The notes beneath the pieces were generated by a model. It searched no databases. It saw only the letters and a list, made by a program, of their open reading frames with translations, and was not told where the DNA came from. From NCBI GenBank assembly GCA_043803405.1, contig JAZDKB010000019.1:224001-288000 (forward strand): DNA of 64,000 nucleotides, in the 5' to 3' direction. Positions 60,274 through 64,000 of the stretch are shown here, one piece after another. Source of the DNA: Spirochaetota bacterium (GTDB taxonomy: Bacteria > Spirochaetota > UBA4802 > JAFGDQ01). Positions within the stretch are counted from its first letter, which is position 1. Every line of letters starts with the position of its first letter. Made by a program: the position numbers and the translations under genes.

Positions 60274-60302
60274 TTGACGCAAAATACGTGTATATTTATT
60301 CT
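60274..60302 (+). promoter_or_regulatory. Sigma70-type promoter for the tRNA pair
   Basis: TTGACG-N17-TATTCT, 12 nt upstream of tRNA-Pro. Confidence 0.6.
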
Positions 60303-60314
60303 CAACTTTCTTAA

Positions 60315-60388
60315 CGGGGCGTGGCGCAGCCCGGTAGCGCATCTGGTTTGGGACCAGAGAGTCGGAGGTTCAAATCCTCTCGCCCCGA
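60315..60388 (+). tRNA. tRNA-Pro (TGG)
   Basis: CGGGGCG acceptor stem, anticodon arm tctgg-ttTGGga-ccaga, GGTTCAAAT; no CCA. Confidence 0.96.
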
Positions 60389-60401
60389 AATTGTGAATTG
60401 T

Positions 60402-60475
60402 GCGCCAGTAGCTCAGCTGGATAGAGCAACAGCCTTCTAAGTTGTAGGTCACAGGTTCGAACCCTGTCTGGCGCG
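60402..60475 (+). tRNA. tRNA-Arg (TCT)
   Basis: GCGCCAG acceptor stem, anticodon arm acagc-ctTCTaa-gttgt, GGTTCGAAC; no CCA. Confidence 0.95.
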
Positions 60476-60671
60476 ATTACAAAAATCGCCTTCCTTAACT
60501 GCATACCGAAGTCAATTACTATTTCTTTAAAATATTTTGTTGCTAATTTTATTTGTTAAATATAGTATGATATGCTTTTTAAATATTTATTATAAAAAAG
60601 CTTTAACGCGTTTTGGATAGTATGCTGATTTAAATGCGGCATATAGATCACTTTAAAACAGGATATTATAT

Positions 60672-61871
60672 ATGCAACAAAAAGGTAAAAAAGTCGGGAT
60701 TTTGTTTTCAGGCGGACCGGCGCCGAGCGCTAACACTGTAATTTCATCTACAGCGCTGAATTTTCTGGACAGCCATGTGCCCGTGATCGGCATTTTTAAA
60801 GGCTATGAATATCTTCAGGATTTTAATGTCGATTCACCCGATCTTCAGTTAAGGAAAGACATCCATTATACGGATATTACATACGACATTAGCCAGGTTA
60901 GAAATGACAGGGGAATTTACCTTAAAACTTCCAGGGCTAACCCGGGCAAAAATATAGAGAAGCTGGAAGATTTAAAAGATAAAGAAAAAAGTAAAAAGCT
61001 TAAGAATATAATCGACGCTTTTGAGCATCTCAGGATTGAGGCTTTGATCTCAATAGGCGGCGACGATACACTAAAGACGGCTAATTTCCTGTGTAATATG
61101 GAATTTCCTGTGATACATATTCCGAAAACAATTGATAATGACTATTTCGGAATTCCCTGGACTTTCGGATACTGGACTGCTGTGGATACGGCGCAGAAAA
61201 TAATGCTAAACCTAAAAGCGGACGCCCAGGCTACGGAGAGCTTTTATATTGTAGAGCTTATGGGCAGAAAAGCCGGCTGGATAACTTATGCTGCCGGTAT
61301 CGCTTCAGAAGCAATTATGATGCTTTCGAGCGAAGATATCGAAGGGACTGAACTCGATGTGGAAAAAATAAGCGAGAAAATAGCGGATGTAATACTGAAC
61401 CGGAAGAAAAAAGAAAAGCCTTACGGGATCATTGCAGTCTCGGAGGGGCTGGCAGACAAACTCCCCGAAGGCCTTCTGCCTAAGGAAGTTGACAGGCACG
61501 GCAATGTTATGTTCGGCAAAGCGAATATATCAAGATTTCTGGCAAATAAAGTAACCAATAAGTATAAAGAGAGAACAGGCTCCGAAATAAAAATAATTGC
61601 AAAACAGATAGGATACGAAACTCGCGCCAGTTCGCCTATCAGTTTCGATGTGGTTTTAGGAAGCATGCTTGGTTACGGAGCCTATAAATTCTACACTGAA
61701 AAAAAATTCGGAGTAATGGTTTCGGTAAACGACAATTTTGACCTTGTAGCAGTGCCTTTTAAGGAACTTATCGATCCTGTAACGCTGAAGACAAAGCTGC
61801 GCAGCGTTCCCAAAGGAAGCGACTTCTATACACTGAAGGAAAATTTATCTTTCAGAAGACTATGGCAATAA
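60672..61871 (+). CDS. Phosphofructokinase, probably PPi-dependent
   Basis: SGGPAP, GGDDT (Asp at the phosphate-donor position), PKTIDND, ELMGR, GYETR. Confidence 0.85.
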   Translation: MQQKGKKVGILFSGGPAPSANTVISSTALNFLDSHVPVIGIFKGYEYLQDFNVDSPDLQLRKDIHYTDITYDISQVRNDRGIYLKTSRANPGKNIEKLEDLKDKEKSKKLKNIIDAFEHLRIEALISIGGDDTLKTANFLCNMEFPVIHIPKTIDNDYFGIPWTFGYWTAVDTAQKIMLNLKADAQATESFYIVELMGRKAGWITYAAGIASEAIMMLSSEDIEGTELDVEKISEKIADVILNRKKKEKPYGIIAVSEGLADKLPEGLLPKEVDRHGNVMFGKANISRFLANKVTNKYKERTGSEIKIIAKQIGYETRASSPISFDVVLGSMLGYGAYKFYTEKKFGVMVSVNDNFDLVAVPFKELIDPVTLKTKLRSVPKGSDFYTLKENLSFRRLWQ

Positions 61872-62046
61872 AGATCTGCTTATAATTATTGTCTCGTATT
61901 ACGATTTAACAACAGGTTTTGGGATGCACTCTAAGTAATGTCCGTCATTAGCAAATAGCAGTTGAGCAGGTATTCTGTTTTGATTATTTAAACAAGCATA
62001 ATGATTGTTTAAAAATTAATGTATAATAATATCATGTTGTGAGCAG

Positions 62047-62075
62047 ATCTCCCCGTATGGGGAGATATTTTTTTT
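62047..62075 (+). terminator. Intrinsic terminator after pfk
   Basis: atctcccc-gtat-ggggagat followed by a T8 tract. Confidence 0.8.
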
Positions 62076-62155
62076 ACTTGATTAAATATTGTTGTTAAAA
62101 TTATTCTCTCTTTATATTTTGTCATAATAATCGGGAAATATGTGTTAATAAGCAA

Positions 62156-64000
62156 ATGCCGAAAAGAAACGATATAAAGAAAATACTGATAATAGGATCG
62201 GGCCCTATAGTTATAGGGCAGGCATGCGAGTTTGATTATTCGGGTTCGCAGGCATGCAAGGCTTTAAAAGAAGAAGGCTTTAAAGTTATACTGATAAATT
62301 CCAATCCCGCCACAATAATGACTGATCCGGAAATGGCAGACAGAACGTATATTGAGCCCATTACTGCGGAAGTAATCGAAAAAATAATTCAAAAAGAAAG
62401 TCCGGATGCCATTCTGCCGACAGTCGGCGGCCAGACTGCTTTGAACGCAGCAATGGATTTACATCACCTGGGAATTCTGGAAAAGTATAATGTTGAGCTG
62501 ATCGGGGCGAACATAGAATCAATAAAAAAAGCGGAAGACCGGGAACTGTTTAAGCAGGCGATGATAAAGATCGGCCTTAATGTGCCGGATTCTGGTATGG
62601 CTTCGAGCATGGAAGAAGCTTTGGAAGTTATGAAAAGAATAGCCCTTCCGATTATTATAAGGCCTGCTTTTACGCTTGGCGGCACGGGCGCGAATATAGT
62701 TTATAACAAGGAAGATTTTGTTGAGCTTGTAAGGAAGGGACTGGATGAATCGCCAATAAATAAGGTATTGCTGGAAGAGTCTGTGCTCGGCTGGAAAGAG
62801 TTCGAGCTTGAGGTAATGAGAGACACTAAGGATAATGTTGTAATAATTTGCTCCATAGAAAATTTTGATCCGATGGGCATACATACAGGCGATTCTATAA
62901 CTGTTGCTCCGCAGCAGACGCTTACAGACCGGGAATATCAGGATCTTAGGGATATGTCGATTGCCATAATAAGGGAGATCGGCGTAGATACCGGCGGGTC
63001 CAATATTCAGTTTGCAGTCAATCCGGCTGACGGCAGGGTGATGGTCATTGAAATGAATCCGCGCGTGTCGCGCTCATCCGCGCTTGCTTCCAAGGCTACC
63101 GGTTTCCCGATCGCAAAGATTGCCGCAAAGCTGGCTGTGGGGCTAACGCTCGATGAGATTGCGAACGATATTACCAGAGAGACGCCCGCCTGCTTTGAGC
63201 CGACTATCGATTATGTTGTTGTAAAAGTGCCAAGATGGGCATTCGAGAAATTTGAGGGAGCCGAGACTACTCTGGGCGCGCAAATGAAGTCCGTGGGCGA
63301 AGCGATGTCGATAGGGCGCACGTTTAAAGAATCCCTGCAAAAGGCGCTAAGGTCGCTCGAGACCGACAGATACGGTCTGGGTTCCGACGGGCACTTCGCT
63401 ATTGAAGAAGCAATCGACGCGCATCCTGCCAATTCCAGGGAGAGCTTTATCAACAGCGCACTTTCAAAACCAAGTGTTGACAGGATATTCTACATTAAAG
63501 AAGCTTTGAAGCGCGGATGGAGCAAGGAAAGCATTTATCAGTTATCATCCATTGATCCGTGGTTTTTAAGCCAGATAGAAGAGCTCGTAACCGCAGAAAA
63601 CGAATTTATCAAAATCAGCAAACCGGGTACGTCCGAGATTCTCAGAATGAAAATGCTGGGCTATTCCGACAGGCAGATCGGGTGTATGTCCGCATATAAC
63701 GAACTATACATATTATTTAAAAAGGGTGTTGAAGCTCAAAAGGAATTTTACAGAACCAGAAAACAAAAGGAAAAAGATGTCAGGGAATTCAGAATCAAGA
63801 ATAATATAATTCCGGGTTACAGGCTTGTGGATACATGCGGCGGCGAATTCGAAGCATACACCCCTTACTATTATTCCTCTTATGACAGTGAAGACGAATC
63901 GAGGGAATCAACACGGAAAAAAATTATGATCCTGGGCGGCGGGCCGAACAGGATAGGGCAGGGTATTGAATTCGATTACTGCTGCTGCCATGCTTCTTAT
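62156..64000 (+). CDS. carB: Carbamoyl-phosphate synthase large subunit, 3'-truncated by window edge (absent from the ORF track)
   Basis: [30 protein letters not shown] start; near the window end VDTCGGEF and [19 protein letters not shown]. Confidence 0.97.
   Translation, partial: MPKRNDIKKILIIGSGPIVIGQACEFDYSGSQACKALKEEGFKVILINSNPATIMTDPEMADRTYIEPITAEVIEKIIQKESPDAILPTVGGQTALNAAMDLHHLGILEKYNVELIGANIESIKKAEDRELFKQAMIKIGLNVPDSGMASSMEEALEVMKRIALPIIIRPAFTLGGTGANIVYNKEDFVELVRKGLDESPINKVLLEESVLGWKEFELEVMRDTKDNVVIICSIENFDPMGIHTGDSITVAPQQTLTDREYQDLRDMSIAIIREIGVDTGGSNIQFAVNPADGRVMVIEMNPRVSRSSALASKATGFPIAKIAAKLAVGLTLDEIANDITRETPACFEPTIDYVVVKVPRWAFEKFEGAETTLGAQMKSVGEAMSIGRTFKESLQKALRSLETDRYGLGSDGHFAIEEAIDAHPANSRESFINSALSKPSVDRIFYIKEALKRGWSKESIYQLSSIDPWFLSQIEELVTAENEFIKISKPGTSEILRMKMLGYSDRQIGCMSAYNELYILFKKGVEAQKEFYRTRKQKEKDVREFRIKNNIIPGYRLVDTCGGEFEAYTPYYYSSYDSEDESRESTRKKIMILGGGPNRIGQGIEFDYCCCHASY

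Noticed and set aside
61875..62075. ncRNA, riboswitch or PyrR attenuator upstream of carB
   Set aside because: Only an AT-rich hairpin and a terminator; no PyrR loop, 6S, SRP or riboswitch consensus recognised; simplest reading is the pfk 3' UTR

Overview
AT-rich bacterial chromosomal segment, probably from an anaerobic Spirochaetota member. That placement is inferred from tRNAs lacking encoded CCA, NfnAB, a PPi-type PFK and Leptospira-like membrane proteins. Most of it is housekeeping: rsmE, thiS/thiE, pssA, moaC, CIRCE-groES-groEL, prc, moaA, ispF, tyrS, serA, uvrC, nfnAB, trpR/trpB2, proS, pfk, carB, and tRNA-Asp/Pro/Arg. Two accessory loci stand out. (1) 10.3-13.2 kb: a tight four-gene operon encoding an astacin-family metalloprotease lipoprotein, a beta-barrel porin, a secreted tetraheme cytochrome c and a small 2-TM/HAMP-like protein. 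(2) 14.6-28.2 kb: a Desulfovibrio Mop-type aldehyde oxidoreductase with nine accessory genes and a divergent AraC regulator. The accessory genes include an MJ0619-like radical SAM enzyme, a PaaK/F390-synthetase-like ligase, a methyltransferase, a nucleotidyltransferase-HD fusion, a phosphatase, XdhC and Cys-rich redox proteins. This cluster abuts tRNA-Asp, next to what looks like an eroded integrase and arm-site scar. Also present: two families of intergenic nested palindromes, a type II TA module, a degenerate SpoIIE pseudo-phosphatase sensor, and a TrpB2 with a Lys-rich N-terminal tail. No rRNA, CRISPR array or intact transposase was seen. All product calls come from motif recognition, not database searches.
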